Source: Paraspadella gotoi (Eukaryota; Animalia; Chaetognatha). From it: a DNA stretch of 64,000 nucleotides. Under the pieces are notes generated by a model. That model did not search any database. It saw nothing but the letters and a program-made list of their open reading frames with translations, and had not been told where the DNA came from. Where the stretch lies: the NCBI GenBank assembly GCA_051294375.1, contig CM119265.1:15846564-15910563 (forward strand). The letters are read 5' to 3'. Numbering within the stretch: the stretch's first letter is position 1; every line of letters starts with the position of its first letter. Positions 63,779 through 64,000 of the stretch are shown here, one piece after another. Made by a program: the position numbers and the translations under genes.

Positions 63779-64000
63779 CTCCTCTCTCTCTCTCTCTTCT
63801 CTCTCTCATCTCTCTCTCTCTTCCTCTCTCTCTCTCCCCCTCTCTCCCTACCTCTTTCCCTCCCTCTACCCCCCAGTCCTCTCTCTCACTCCCTCTTTCT
63901 CTTTCACGCACTCATCAAACTGCATAAAATCACCGAGGCTACCCTGATTCTCCAAACAGATTTTCGTCTTCGTCATCAAATACACAATCACGTGTTTTTC

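Overview
Eukaryotic, almost certainly animal, genomic DNA: AT-rich, with short introns and dense microsatellites. Most ORFs in the supplied track are spurious. The one well-supported gene is a + strand, 19-coding-exon spectraplakin-family gene (14369-24375, about 944 aa by manual splicing). It is unusually compact: a low-complexity NG[HR]-repeat N-terminus with no calponin-homology domains seen, a partial plakin domain (spectrin repeats plus SH3), a short E/R/K-rich helix in place of the giant spectrin rod, two EF-hands, a GAS2/GAR domain and a Ser/Arg-rich tail. Four of its 18 coding introns need GC donors and four need AAG/GAG acceptors. The window also holds a minimal type I hammerhead ribozyme candidate (7494-7540, minus), a small inverted-repeat element, a DINE/HINE-like repeat with an AT-rich satellite, a possible SINE and a decayed Ty3/Gypsy-like integrase region. 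From about 34.8 kb to 62.5 kb, one ~8.5 kb segment recurs in direct and inverted copies, some base-identical and some full of indels, separated by N gaps. This part is most likely a long-read gap-filling or amplification artefact.
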